Shown here: one piece after another, positions 12,697-25,354 of the stretch | Numbering within the stretch: position 1 is the stretch's first letter | Layout: each line of letters opens with the position of its first letter | Assembly (NCBI RefSeq): GCF_006345805.1 | Contig: NW_021833289.1 | Span: forward strand, 13,729-77,728 | Origin: Octopus sinensis | Lineage: Eukaryota | DNA: 64,000 bases | Direction: 5' to 3' | Made by a program: the position numbers and the translations under genes | The notes under the pieces: generated by a model | Told to the model about the DNA's origin: nothing | The model's input: the letters and a program-made list of their open reading frames with translations, nothing else | Database searches by the model: none

Positions 12697-13342
12697 GTAG
12701 CACGGCTTGCAGGCTGTTGATGCCTATTCGCCTTTGAAAACAGGATATATATTACTATTTTCGAAATAATAATATAAATAGTTCAAAAGAATGGAGCAAT
12801 GCTTTTGTGCAATGAGGAAGAAAGGACATTGTTTGTAGTGGTCACCTGGTCAATGTTGACATCACTGAAGATGTCATTGTATGGTTTCATTAGAAGATTC
12901 TGGCTTTATAAATTGCGGTTGCTATGGTATCGGTCAGTTCTACTTGAACATAATTATTGTAGACAAGATTAAAAGGATGCTGCCATTGCTGCTGGTGATT
13001 CTGTTGCTGTCGATATTCTGTAGCTCCAAGGAAGACTACGATCAAGCAGGGCCCATGGTTATAACAATACACTTGTTACAGTTGCCAAAGAAACAGTGAA
13101 ACGATGTAGGATAGGTTTTGATACGCGCACAAGTGCACGCGCGTGCACACACACATGCACACGCACACACACACAAAGGTCTTCTTTCAGTTTCGATCAA
13201 CCAAATCCACTTACAAGGCTTTGGTTGGCCTGAGGCTATAGAAGACACTTGTCCAAAATGCCATGCAAGCAGGACATATATATATGTTTATCTATCTGTC
13301 TATCTATCTATTTGTCTATCTATCTATCTATCTATCTATCTG

Positions 13343-13374
<32 letters not shown>

Positions 13375-13871
13375 ATCTATCTATCTATATATATATATAT
13401 ATATATATATTTATACATACAAACACACACATACACACACACACATACACACACACGCATGCACACACATGCACACGCGCACACACAAGGTTACACGAAA
13501 TGTGGTTTGTCTTTTCATTGGTTAGTGAGAAAAAGAAAATAAGAGTTGTACGTAAGTTTTGCAGAAAAATAAATTGAGAAGGAAACGTCTTCAGTCAGGT
13601 GTCTGACATATCAAATAAAATTACACCTAAACAATAAATTCGGCAAACTCAAACACACACCCCCAGCCCAGCCCTTCGTCCTTGGCTCAAGATTAGGTAC
13701 ACAAATAAAGTATTTGACATAGTCGTTTGACTTGCAGGAAATAGCAGCTAAATCTTTATCAAACCAAACCAAAAAGAAGGAGAGACATATTGGATATTTG
13801 TTCCCTCTTGAGTCATGCCTGGCTCATAAGGGCCGGTTTCCCGGTTTCCTTGCCATATAAGTTGCCCACGT

Positions 13872-14206
13872 GGTTGGGACGCCTGTGCAGGTGGCACATA
13901 AAAAACACCATTTGAGTGTGGCTGTTGCCAGTACCGCCTGACTAGCACCTGTGCCAGTGGCACATAAAAAGCACCATTTGAGTGTGGTTGATACCAGGCC
14001 TGCCTAACTGGCTTCTGTCCTGGTGGCACGAAAAAGCACCCACTACACTCATGGAGTGGTTGACGTTAGGAAAAGCATCCAGCTGTAGAAACTCTGCTAG
14101 ATCAAGATTGGAGCCTGGTGCAGCCTCCTGGTTCACCAGCCCACAGTCAAATCGTCCAACCCATGCTAGCAGGGAAAGCGGACGTTAAACGATGATGATG
14201 ATGATG
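13872..14206 (+). mobile_element. Family C copy (three units)
   Basis: Tandem units, core and (GAT)n tail. Confidence 0.8.
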
Positions 14207-14799
14207 AATGTTATTTAAAGTAAATGCAACTACAAAAGTGAAAGCAAAATTCATGATTTAAGTATCTTCAGTAAATGAAAAGCATCAAACTTGAGCGACT
14301 TTTAGTATTTTCAACCTAACCTGTAGCAAATGCCACGATGATGATGATTGAAATGTCCTTTATACAATTAGATGTTAAGAAACAACATATTCTGAGGCCC
14401 TTGGTACCATCCATGTCTCATATTTGTGGAATTCATTTGCAGATATGCACACGTTCTGCTTAATTTAGTGTGACTGTAATTGCAAACTAGATGAGACATG
14501 TTTTGTTGAACTTTTAAACCTTTTCTTATGAAAATTGGTATTTTGAATGTGCCCTTAATGTTTTAATTGTGAGGTCATACAGGTCAAAGTCACTTTCCGT
14601 CAAGCATGGTCAAAGAACTATAAAAAGAACTTCATGGTACAAATGTTTTTGCTTATTTTGTAACTGTTGACTATTTTGAAAATGCTTTTCCCAGGTGGCA
14701 ACTGGCTTGAATATGTTTTGTGGTTCAGAAATATGGCCAGTTGTGAGAGAAGTGAATGTAAAAACAGTCCTGATGTCTTCTGTTTATTTCTGGATTAGG

Positions 14800-15147
14800 T
14801 TTGGAGGAAGATTTTAATTCAAAACTTATGAAAACAAGACATTTGTACAACAGAGCCGGAGCTGGTTTCAGCTGGGTTGGTATCAAAAGGGTTAAGAATT
14901 GTTTCTCTTTTATATATTTTAACCCTTTTGTTGCCATATTTCTGTTCAGATGCTCTGTTTCTTTCAATTACTTTAAATATAACAAGGAATTTAGTAAAAT
15001 AACTTTGTTATCATTAAGCTAGTATTAGGAACATAAATTGTGACTAAGGTTTGGTGGAAGATTTTTACTTCAAAACTTATGAAAACAAAACATTTGTACT
15101 GCAGAGCCAGAAGCGGTTTCAGCCGGGTTGGTAATGAAAGGGTTAAA
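14800..15147 (-). mobile_element. piggyBac-type MITE dimer (partial copy + spacer + full copy)
   Basis: TTAA-CCCTTT...AAAGGG-TTAA ends; inverted match to units 1-2 of the 18121-19601 array, including the spacer. Confidence 0.8.
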
Positions 15148-15349
15148 CAATAAAAGGTACAATTTGGCTTGTGTTGGTTTCTTATTTCAGTCTTGCATTT
15201 AATGACAAAATTGACATTTTTTGGTAAAAAAACTGAATTCCTGTTTAACAAAAAACTTGATGTGATAGAAAATTTCTGAGGGCATTTCTGAACACAGCTT
15301 CATCCAATTTGATGGGATTAATTATAAAAAGCAATTATTATGATCACCC

Positions 15350-15352
15350 AGT

Positions 15353-15412
<60 letters not shown>

Positions 15413-15422
15413 GTAATAATAA

Positions 15423-15493
<71 letters not shown>

Positions 15494-15540
15494 GTAATAG
15501 TAATAATAATAATAATATAATAATAATAGTAATAATAGTA

Positions 15541-15597
<57 letters not shown>

Positions 15598-15600
15598 GTA
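15350..15600. repeat. (AAT)n microsatellite
   Basis: Directly visible. Confidence 0.95.
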
Positions 15601-16171
15601 AATTCATCATCACCAACAATAACAACAGCAACAACAACCTCTTTAATAATCCTTTCTATTATAGGCAAAAGGCATGAAATTTTGTGGGGGAGGGGGCAAG
15701 TTGATTACATCAACCCCAGTGCCCCAAAAGGATGAAAGGCAAAGTCAACCTCGGTGGAATTTGAACTCAGAACATAAAGACAGATGAAATACCTCAAAGC
15801 ACTTTGTCTGGCGTGCTAACAATTCTGCCAGCTCACCGCATTAACAACTTCTTTAACAATAAAAGCAAACTTAAAAGGGCCTAAATGTGGTCACTTGATC
15901 TGCTAGAAATAGCAATCAAATCTACTTCACATAACATCCTACCCATGCAAAGGAGATAATGGCTAATGTAGTAAGCGATGCCTCTACAGAGACAGGATGG
16001 CCATAGTTGGAATATTTTTTATCATACACCTGCACGATAAGGGTTGACTGCCACAGAAAAAGTCCACCCTGTTAAATAATTGGCATCAAGGGGGGGGGGG
16101 CATCCAGCTGTAGAGACTGTGCTGAAGCAGACAACTGGTGCCTAGTGCAGCAGACCTCCAGGCTTACCAGT

Positions 16172-16433
16172 TTATGATGATGATGATGATGATGATGATG
16201 GATGATGATTGATGATGATGATGATGATATGATGATGATGATGATGATGATGCTGATGATGATAGATGATAGACGATTATGATGCTGATGCTGATGATGA
16301 GAGATGATGATGACGATAATGATGATGAGGATGATGATGATGACGATATGATGATGATGATGATATGATGATGATAATATGATGATGATGATGATAGATG
16401 ATAGATGATGATAGATGATAGATGATGATGACT

Positions 16434-16479
<46 letters not shown>

Positions 16480-16757
16480 CAGATGATGAGGAAAGTAAGA
16501 ACAACAGCAGCAGCAACGACAGCAATATTAGCAACAAGCAGACACAACAACAACGCCAACAGCAACAGCAGCTACAACAAAGAGCAACAAGAGCAGCGGC
16601 AGCAGCAACCGCCACCATCACCACCGCCGCCACCATCGCCGCCACCACCACCACCGCCACCACCACCGCCACCACCATCGCCACCACCACCACCACCACC
16701 GCCACTACCACCTCGACCACCACCACCACCACCACCATCACCGCCACCACCACCTCG
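16172..16757. repeat. Compound trinucleotide tract (GAT)n-(CAG/CAA)n-(CAC)n
   Basis: Directly visible; source of the poly-M/Q/T/P ORFs. Confidence 0.9.
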
Positions 16758-17098
16758 GTAACAGTTCCTTCATGTGTTTGTATAATGCATGGAATTCCAA
16801 TTAGTCAGGAAGCTGCTGCTGTCAGTTCCAATGATAATTCTTCTCTCCTGAATCTCCCAAGTTGTTCTCATTTATTCCGGTTGAGTCTCAGACTCCAGCA
16901 GACTTGCTTCCTTTGCTAAAATAGCACCTCATTCCTTATCACCAGCCTTCATTGAATAATCTCATTCAGACAATGTTTGTTGTTGTTGTTGTTGTTATTT
17001 AGCTTCAGTGCTACTTTAATCAAGCAGTCTTGTGACGAAAGGCATTCCCACCACGACTCTCCTGCTTGTTTTGTCTTTTGTTTTTTTCCAGAAGTATA

Positions 17099-17333
17099 TA
17101 TTTCTTTACTACCCACAAGGGGCTAAACACAGAGAGGACAAACAAGGACAGACAAACGGATTAAGTCGATTATATCGACCCCAGTGCGTAACTGGTACTT
17201 AATTTAATCGACCCCGAAAGGATGAAAGGCAAAGTCGACCTCGGCGGAATTCGAACTCGGAACGTAACTACAGACGAAATATGGCTACACATTTTGCCCG
17301 GCGTGCTAACGGTTCTGCCAGTTTGCCACCTTC
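17099..17333 (-). mobile_element. SINE family B, near full length
   Basis: Family match; 15-bp direct repeat TTTTCCAGAAGTATA at 17084-17098 and 17360-17374. Confidence 0.85.
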
Positions 17334-17639
17334 ATCATACTTATAGCCTGTGCCTATACTTTTCCAGAAGTATAGGCACAGGCTTGGCTGTAGGGTAAGA
17401 AGCTTGCTTCCCAACCACATGGTTCTGGGTTCAATCCCATTGCATGGCACCTTGAGGAAGTGTCTTCTACTGTAGCCTCGGGTCGACCAAAGCCTTGTGA
17501 GTGGATTTGGTAGATGGAAACTCTTGGAGCATTCACCTCCACCTCTAACTCGGTCACCTAGGTAATGGAAGCTACCTACCTCCTCTAGCTTACCCTCCGA
17601 GCAGTTGATGGAGTCTATACACACACACACACACAAACA

Positions 17640-17915
17640 GTGAAGGCACGTGGCTTAGTGGTTAGGGCATTCAGCTCACAATCATAAGGTCATGAGTTCA
17701 ATTCCCAGCGGTGCATTGTGTCCTTGAGCAAGACACTTTATTTCACATTGTTTCAGTTCACTCAGCTGTACCTGTATTGAGTTGTACCTGCAATTCAAAG
17801 GGCCAGCCTTGTCACATTCTGTGTCACGCTGAATCTCCCAGAGAACTACATTAAAGACATGTGTGTCTGTGGAGTACTCAGCCACTTGCATATTAATTTC
17901 ATGAGCACATCAACA
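17640..17915 (+). mobile_element. SINE family D variant with a different tRNA-like head
   Basis: GTGGCTTAGTGGTTAGG ... GAGTTCAATTCCC head followed by the D body (CCAGCCTTGTCACATTCTGTGTCACGCTGAATCTCC). Confidence 0.75.
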
Positions 17916-18120
17916 GAAACACTTGTCACTGTGACCAATGCCGTGCCATTTATACAAATAGAAAAAAATGATTATTTTATTTAATTTATGGGTGCAGCAC
18001 AACACCAATGACCCTCGCTCCCAGAGCCTCAAGCAGTAGTATTTGTCACATATGTCCATAGCAAGTACAGCAGCATATAATTCCAAATCCTTCAGTGACT
18101 ATCATCAGCATAAAGCTTCT

Positions 18121-19601
18121 TTAACCGTTTCATTACCAACCTGGCTGAAACCACTTCTGGCTCTGTAGTACAAATGTCTTATTTTCATAAGTTCTGAATT
18201 AAAATCTTCCACCAAACCTTAGTCACAATTTATGTTGCTAACATTAGCTGAATGATAACTAAGTTATTTTGCTAAATTCTTTGTTTTATTTAAAGTAATT
18301 GAAAGAAACACAGAGCATCTCAAAATAAATACAGTAACAAAAGGGTTAAAATATATAAAAGAGAAACAATTCTTAACCCTTTTGATACCAACCTGGCTGA
18401 AACCAGCTCTAGTTCTGTAATACAAATGTCTTGTTTTCATAAGTTTTGAATCAAAATCTTCCACCAAACCTTAGTCACAGTTTATGTTCCTAACACTAGC
18501 TTAATGATAACTAAGTTATTTTACTAAATTCTTTGTTTTATTTAAAGTAATTGAAAGAAACACAGAGCATCTCAATAGAAATATGGTAACGAAAAGGTTA
18601 GATATATAATAGAGAAACAATTCTTAACCCTTTTGATAGCACCTGGCTGAAACCATCTCTGCCTCTGTAGTACAAATGTCTTGTTTTCATAAGTTTTGAA
18701 TCAAAATCTTCCACCAAACCTTAGTCACAGTTTATGTTCTAACACTAGCTTAATGATAACTAAGTTATTTTACTAAATTCTTTGTTTTATTTAAAGTAAT
18801 TGAAAGAAACACAGAGCATCTCAATAGAAATATGGTAACGAAAAGGTTAAGATATATAATAGAGAAACAATTCTTAACCCTTTTGATAGCAACCTGGCTG
18901 AAACCATCTCTGCCTCTGTAGTACAAATGTCTTGTTTTCATAAGTTTTGAATCAAAATCTTCCACCAAACCTTAGTCACAGTTTATGTTCCTAACACTAG
19001 CTTAATGATAACTAAGTTATTTTACTAAATTCTTTGTTTTATTTAAAGTAATTGAAAGAAACACAGAGCATCTCAATAGAAATATGGTAACGAAAAGGTT
19101 AAGATATTAATAGAGAAACAATTCTTAACCCTTTTGATAGCAACCTGGCTGAAACCATCTCTGCCTCTGTAGTACAAATGTCTTGTTTTCATAAGTTTTG
19201 AATCAAAATCTTCCACCAAACCTTAGTCACAGTTTATGTTCCTAACACTAGCTTAATGATAACTAAGTTATTTTACTAAATTCTTTGTTTTATTTAAAGT
19301 AATTGAAAGAAACACAGAGCATCTCAATAGAAATATGGTAACGAAAAGGTTAAGATATATAATAGAGAAACAATTCTTAACCCTTTTGATAGCAACCTGG
19401 CTGAAACCATCTCTGCCTCTGTAGTACAAATGTCTTGTTTTCATAAGTTTTGAATCAAAATCTTCCACCAAACCTTAGTCACAATTTATGTTCCTAATAC
19501 TAGCTTAATGATAACTAAGTTATTTTACTAAATTCTTTGTTATATTTAAAGTAATTGAAAGAAACACAGAGCATCTCAATAGAAATATGGTAACGAAAGG
19601 G
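18121..19601 (+). repeat. Tandem satellite, six ~251-bp units; each unit is a piggyBac-type MITE plus a short spacer
   Basis: Units start at 18121, 18373, 18624, 18874, 19125, 19377; each runs TTAACC(C/G)TTT ... AAA(A/G)GGTTAA (last unit lacks the TTAA end). Confidence 0.95.
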
Positions 19602-19604
19602 CTG

Positions 19605-19828
19605 AATGCTTTTGTATTCAGAATTCTCTGTCAAATGCAATGTTTATTTGTCCATTGCTTTGAATTAACCTTTCATAATTGTGTGACCTTGATATTTCAA
19701 TGCTGTGATTCATTATTTTTAGAATGACATTGTTGGGTAGGTGTGAGATGCCAGATCTGGCCAGTTTCAACATAAAGCAAATAGAACATTTTGGCCAGAT
19801 ATGGCCTGTTTAAATATTAAAGGGTTTA
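19605..19828 (+). mobile_element. Second piggyBac-type MITE family, decayed
   Basis: Ends in TAAAGGGTTTAA; 5' end eroded; family assignment partly from recall. Confidence 0.5.
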
Positions 19829-19965
19829 AGTTACCCCTAATTCAGAGCCTTGTATGTCAAGCTACGTGAATGCCATTGTCAATGAGGTGATCATCCGATT
19901 CCCAAAAAAACCATTTGCTGAATTGCTGCTTTGCTAAGCTCTCTTAATTCCATTCTCTCCTTCAC

Positions 19966-20352
19966 TCTCTTTCACCTGTTTCAGTCATTTGATTGTGGCC
20001 ATGCTGGAGCACCGCCTTTAGTCGAGGAAATCGACCCCAGGACTTATTCTTTGTAAGCCTACTACTTATTCTATCAGTCTCTTTTGCCGAACCACTAAGT
20101 TACAGAGACGTAAACACACCAGCATCAGTTGTCAAGCATGTTTGGGGGGACAAACAAACTCACAAACACACACACATATATACATATATATGATGGTCTT
20201 CTTCTCAGTTTCCATCTACCAAATCCACTCACAAGGCTTTGGTCGGGCCGAGGCTATATTAGAAGACACTTGCTCAAGGTGCCATGCAGTGGGACTGAAC
20301 CCGGAACCATGTGGTTCATAAGCAAGCTACTTACCACATAGCCACTCCTGCA
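19966..20352 (-). mobile_element. SINE family A, full length
   Basis: Head, body, internal microsatellite and tail all present. Confidence 0.85.
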
Positions 20353-21225
20353 CTCTGTAGTGTTTACAGAGTTATGTAAAATGCACAACCTAAGCACAGG
20401 AAGGGGTGCATGGTAAGAAGTTTACCATATATGTATGTGATGGGCTTCTTTCAATTTCATTTTACCAAATCCACTCACAAGGATACAGCAATAGACACAT
20501 GCCCAAGGTACCACGCAGTGGGATTGAACCCAGAACCATGTACTTGGGAAGCAAACTTCTTACCATGCAGCCATTCCTGTGCCTAGGTTGTGCATTTTAC
20601 ATAACTCCATAAACACTATTACCTAGAAAGGTTCTTTGCGTAGCTCCCTAAATACCATTGTCTAGGCTGTGTTCTTTTACCTGGCTCCCAAATGCCATTT
20701 TTGAGAATATGTATTTGCCAAGTACCCTAAACATCATTGTCTAGAATGGCTGGTTGCATACCTTCCTAACTACCTTTATTTAGAACACAACTTTATTTTT
20801 TCTTTGTAGTAGCAGTAGCAGCAGCGGCAGACACTAGAAATAGATACAGTGATGGCTGGGGGTGGTGGATGAGTTGTTAAGGAGGTGGATTAGTTTCTCT
20901 GAAGTTGGCACTTTGCGTTCAGTACTTTTAAGACAGAAACCTGCTCGATACGAGAGAATGGAGCTGGGAGATTCCTTATAAAAATAATCAGAAGAATACC
21001 AGCAAGTTGCAACCATCTTCTGCAGAAGTCTGCTGTAGTTTTAGGTTGCACATTGGCAGGCGGCGGCTGAGATGAGTAATGCTTTCAAGAATATCCTCTG
21101 AGTCACTCCAAAGCATCTAGGTTCTAGACCGATTTTAATAAATCTACATGGCTTAATGGGAGTCTGGTCAGGGAAATGAATTGTGTGGCAATGTTCGTTC
21201 TATAGTTGTGGGAGGATGGTTCGTC

Positions 21226-21673
21226 ATCATCATCATCATCATCATCGGTTAACGTCCGTTTTCCATGCTAGCATGGGTTGGACGGTTCGACTGGGGTCTG
21301 GGAAGCCAGGAGGCTGCACCAGGCTCCAGTCTGATGTGGCAATGTTTGTTTCTACAGCTGGAAACCCTTCCTAATGCCAACCATTCCGTGAGTGTAGTGG
21401 GTGCTTTTTATGTGCCACCGGCACATGTGCCAGGGAAGGCTGGCAGTGGCCACGATCAGTTGGTGCTTTTTATGTGCCTCCAGCACAGGTACCAGGGGAG
21501 GCTGGCAGCAGCCACGATTAGTTGGTGCTTTTTATGTGCCACCAGCACAGGAGCCAGTCAACGCGGCTGGCTTCTGTGCGGGTGGCACATAAAAAGCACT
21601 AACTGATCGAGGCCGATGCCAGCCTCCCCTGGCACGTCAAAAGCACCCACTACACTCACGGAGTGGTTGGCGT
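21226..21673. mobile_element. Two family C copies joined head-to-head (- 21226-21560, + 21565-21673)
   Basis: Orientation of the GTGCC/GGCAC-AAAAAGCACC units flips near 21562. Confidence 0.75.
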
Positions 21674-21844
21674 TATATACACAGACACACAGGAAGTAAA
21701 AAGGCACGGCAAAGGGAATGTCAACTAAATACTAAAGTATGTAGTCCTACCCATGGATTACATTTCAATTGTTTGCTTTGCGTATTAGATAAAAGATTTT
21801 GAGAATTAAGGGTGTCTATTTACTGCCTGCGTGTCTGTCTATAT

Positions 21845-22279
21845 GCATACACACACACACACAAATACATGTACACACACACACATACACAAATACGTGT
21901 ATGTACACACACACATACACACAAATACATGTACGCATGCATACACACATGCATGCACACAACACATATACACACACATATTTGTACATGCACACTCACA
22001 CACACACAAATACATGTATATATACACACACATATACACACAGATACAAATACATGCGTGCATGCATACACACAACTACATGTATGTACACACACACATA
22101 TATACACAGATACATGCATGCATGCACACAACACATATACACACACACACATATTTGCATATACGTACTCACACACACACACACACGCACACAACACACA
22201 AACAGACACACATACACACACAGCACACACACACCACACACACAAATAGACACATATACACACAGACGCACACACACAC

Positions 22280-22316
<37 letters not shown>

Positions 22317-22325
22317 AACACACAA
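21845..22325. repeat. Degenerate (AC)n microsatellite
   Basis: Directly visible. Confidence 0.95.
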
Positions 22326-22783
22326 TAGTGAAATGCTAACCAAACTACTTTCCGTTGTTCTATTCTGGTTCTGGCAGTTCCGGTTCCATGGGTGACTGAC
22401 TCTGACAACCGACGCCGGAACCAGAGAAGATGCTTCAAAGTAATCGAAGAAACTTGTCTCGTGAACTAGTTACGGAGGAATATATTCAGGGGTGCCGACA
22501 GGGTGTTGTTCAATCTGCTTAACAAATGGTGTTGGTTAGTTACATTCCTGTGACTTAGCAGTTCAGCAAAAGAGACAGAATAAAAAAAATACCAGGGGGT
22601 CAATTTGCCCAACAAAAATCATGTTCCAGCATGGCCACAATCCAATAACTGAAACAAGTAAAAAATAAAAGACATATATATATCTTTTATATATAGATTA
22701 TTTTATTTATTAGGGAATAAAAAATTCCAGCATCACAGGGATTAAAATAAAATGAATTATTCTTGATAAGGAAATATATGTTA

Positions 22784-23604
22784 CTAGCGGTATCGCCCGG
22801 TGTTGCTCGGGTTTGTTTCGACCCTTTAGAATTGGAATTTTTGAAAGGTAAAAATGTTGCATTATGTAGGCGTAGGAGTGGCTGTGTGGTAAGCAGCTTG
22901 CTTACCAACCACATGGTTCCGGGTTCAGTTCCACTGCGTGGCACCTTGGGCAAGTGTCTTCTACTATAGCCTCGGGCTGACCAATGCCTTGTGAGTGGAT
23001 TTGGTAGATGGAAACTGAAAGAAGCCTGTCGTATATATGTATATATATATGTGTGTGTATGTATGTGTGTGAATATGTTTGTGTGTGTATGTTTGTCAGT
23101 GTTTGTCCCCCCAACATCGCTTGACAACCGATGCTGGTGTGTTTACATCCCCATAACTTGGCAAAAGAGACTGATAGAATAAGTACTAGGCTTACAAAGA
23201 ATAAGTCCTGGGGTTGACTTGCTCGACTAAGGCAGTGCTCCAGCATGGCCACAATCAAATGACTGAAACAAGTAAAGAGTAAAAGAGAAAAAAGAGAGAG
23301 TAGCTTGTTATTCTCTTTAAGTGAACATTTTTCTGGTTGAAATACACTAAAAAAGGGTGACACAGCAGTCAAAAAATCGTAAAAAATAGGGATTTTCATA
23401 GAAAAAAAACACATTTTTGATGTAAATAATTTTTGGTGTTAACATGGTCCGATTTGAATTTTTTCTTCAACAGCAAGCCTTATTCTATCATACTCTCAAT
23501 TTTGATCAGCTTGTGCTGCAGGGTCTTGGAGGAGACAGTGTTAGTTGAAAGCTACCAAACCTGCCACACACAGACAACTTCAGCTTTGTATATAGAGAGA
23601 GAGA
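22784..23604 (-). mobile_element. Non-autonomous Helitron (subfamily H2) interrupted by a SINE A
   Basis: Minus strand A|TC start, subterminal hairpin CCCGAGCAACACCGGG, CTAG|T end; homologous to 46687-47235. Confidence 0.85.
22869..23300 (+). mobile_element. SINE family A, full length, nested in the Helitron
   Basis: GGCGTAGGAGTGGCTGTGTGG head to (AAAAGAG)n tail; Helitron sequence ATTATGTAG|CTTGTT is split with a short GTAG duplication. Confidence 0.9.
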
Positions 23605-23832
23605 TTTAGAGATAGAAGTCCCCATGCAATTCATCAAATCCTGATATACATCACACCATCTAATAGAATTTTATTTTAATACTTACTAATCATTTCTAAA
23701 TTTCTCTGCGACACGTGTTTCATGAGGTGCGTTCAACGTTCTTTATATACGCAGTCTTTTACAGGAACATTTCTTAAATGCAACCCCAATATATATATTA
23801 TTTATATTATTATTTTATATATATATACACAC

Positions 23833-24042
23833 CGGCTTCTGTGCCGGTGGCATGTAAAAAGCACCCACTACACTCGCGGAGTAGTTGGCATTAGGAAGGG
23901 CATCCAGCTGTAGAAACTCTGCCAGATCAGACTGGAGCCTGGTGCAGCCTCCTGGCTTCCCAGACCCTGGTCGAACTGTCCAACCCATGCCAGCATGGAA
24001 AACGGACGTTAAACGATGATGATGATGATGATGATGATGATA
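23833..24042 (+). mobile_element. Family C copy (one unit)
   Basis: Core and (GAT)n tail. Confidence 0.8.
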
Positions 24043-24456
24043 TATATACACAAGAGTTAAGGAAGGGAGAAGATAAGGGAAATTTAAAAGTCATTGACTA
24101 AGTCACATTTGAATGAGGATAAAAACTTAGCTGTTGATTCATGAACACCAAACGAGCAAAAGGAATGATATCAGGGGAAACTATTTCTTAAATATAAAAC
24201 CAGACACTGTGCACTGAAGTGGCAAAATGCTTAGCAGCATATTGTCTGTCGTCACGTTCTGAGTTCAAATTCTGCCAGTGTTGACTCTGCCTTTCACCTT
24301 TCTGAGGTTGATAAATTCTGGCAGTGTTGACTTTGCCTTCCACCTTTATGAGGTTGATAAATTAAGTACCAGTTTCACACGGGGGTCGATGTAATCAACT
24401 AGCACTCCTCCCCCACCCAGAGTTTCGGGCCTTGCGCCTATAGTAGAAAATATTGA

Positions 24457-24487
<31 letters not shown>

Positions 24488-25041
24488 GAGTGAGAGAGCA
24501 GTGCATGCCATCAAAGTGACACTGGGGTAAAATATACGAAGCCCAGTATACCCATCATGACTCCCCGTCTGATAAGGGTACACTAGGCACATGCATCACA
24601 ACCATATGTGAGCGACATGGTGATCTCATATCAAAATAAACAGCACATGACCTTGCAGGTGGGGCCCAGTTAGAATTTTCTTCTGGTTGAGTAACCCATC
24701 CCACTCGAAAGGTCCCTGAATAAGGGTTGTTTAAGGATGTTGAACGAAACACCCATGTTTCCAGAGGTGAATTATCCAAACCCCAAAGAATCCCTCTCAA
24801 CACATGACTATGATGCTCCCCCACTACTTCTGCTCGTGATCAGAGATGCACATATCGTCAGCCACTAAGGGACATGCTCAACTGGTTAAAGTCAAACAAC
24901 TGACAAGCAAATCTGTGGTATTGAGCAGAATATTTGCTGTAGCCCATCTTTTATACCAAGACAAAACAATGTACATGATAACACTTCCAATCAGTTAAGA
25001 TCAGAAGCCATGAGAGCCACTGCCTGGTACTGCATCAGGGC

Positions 25042-25044
<3 letters not shown>
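24488..25044. mobile_element. ~555-bp non-coding element embedded in a (TTA)n tract
   Basis: Complex sequence bounded on both sides by pure (TTA)n; no convincing ORF or TIR. Confidence 0.55.
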
Positions 25045-25113
<69 letters not shown>

Positions 25114-25354
25114 ATTAATACACAAGTACATTTTCGAAAATTACTATTTTTAAATTTCACAATGAGAGATATTCAGCAACAGTACCTTGGAGTAAAGATT
25201 GTTTGCCAACATAACCTGGCGGTCCTGGTTTAGGACAAATGTTGCAGTAATTTAGCACCAGGAGACATCGTATCCAGCTGGCTATACGACACGATCTGTG
25301 TCCTTATATTTTCGAACAAGGGCATCTAGTACCCCCACTCAGCTCAAAACAATG

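Noticed and set aside
16422-16919. 165-aa poly-M/Q/A/T ORF
   Set aside because: Compound trinucleotide repeat; no splice or domain support.
18121-19601. Regularly spaced repeats that might suggest a CRISPR array
   Set aside because: Units are ~251-bp near-identical MITE copies with no unique spacers, in eukaryotic DNA with no cas genes.
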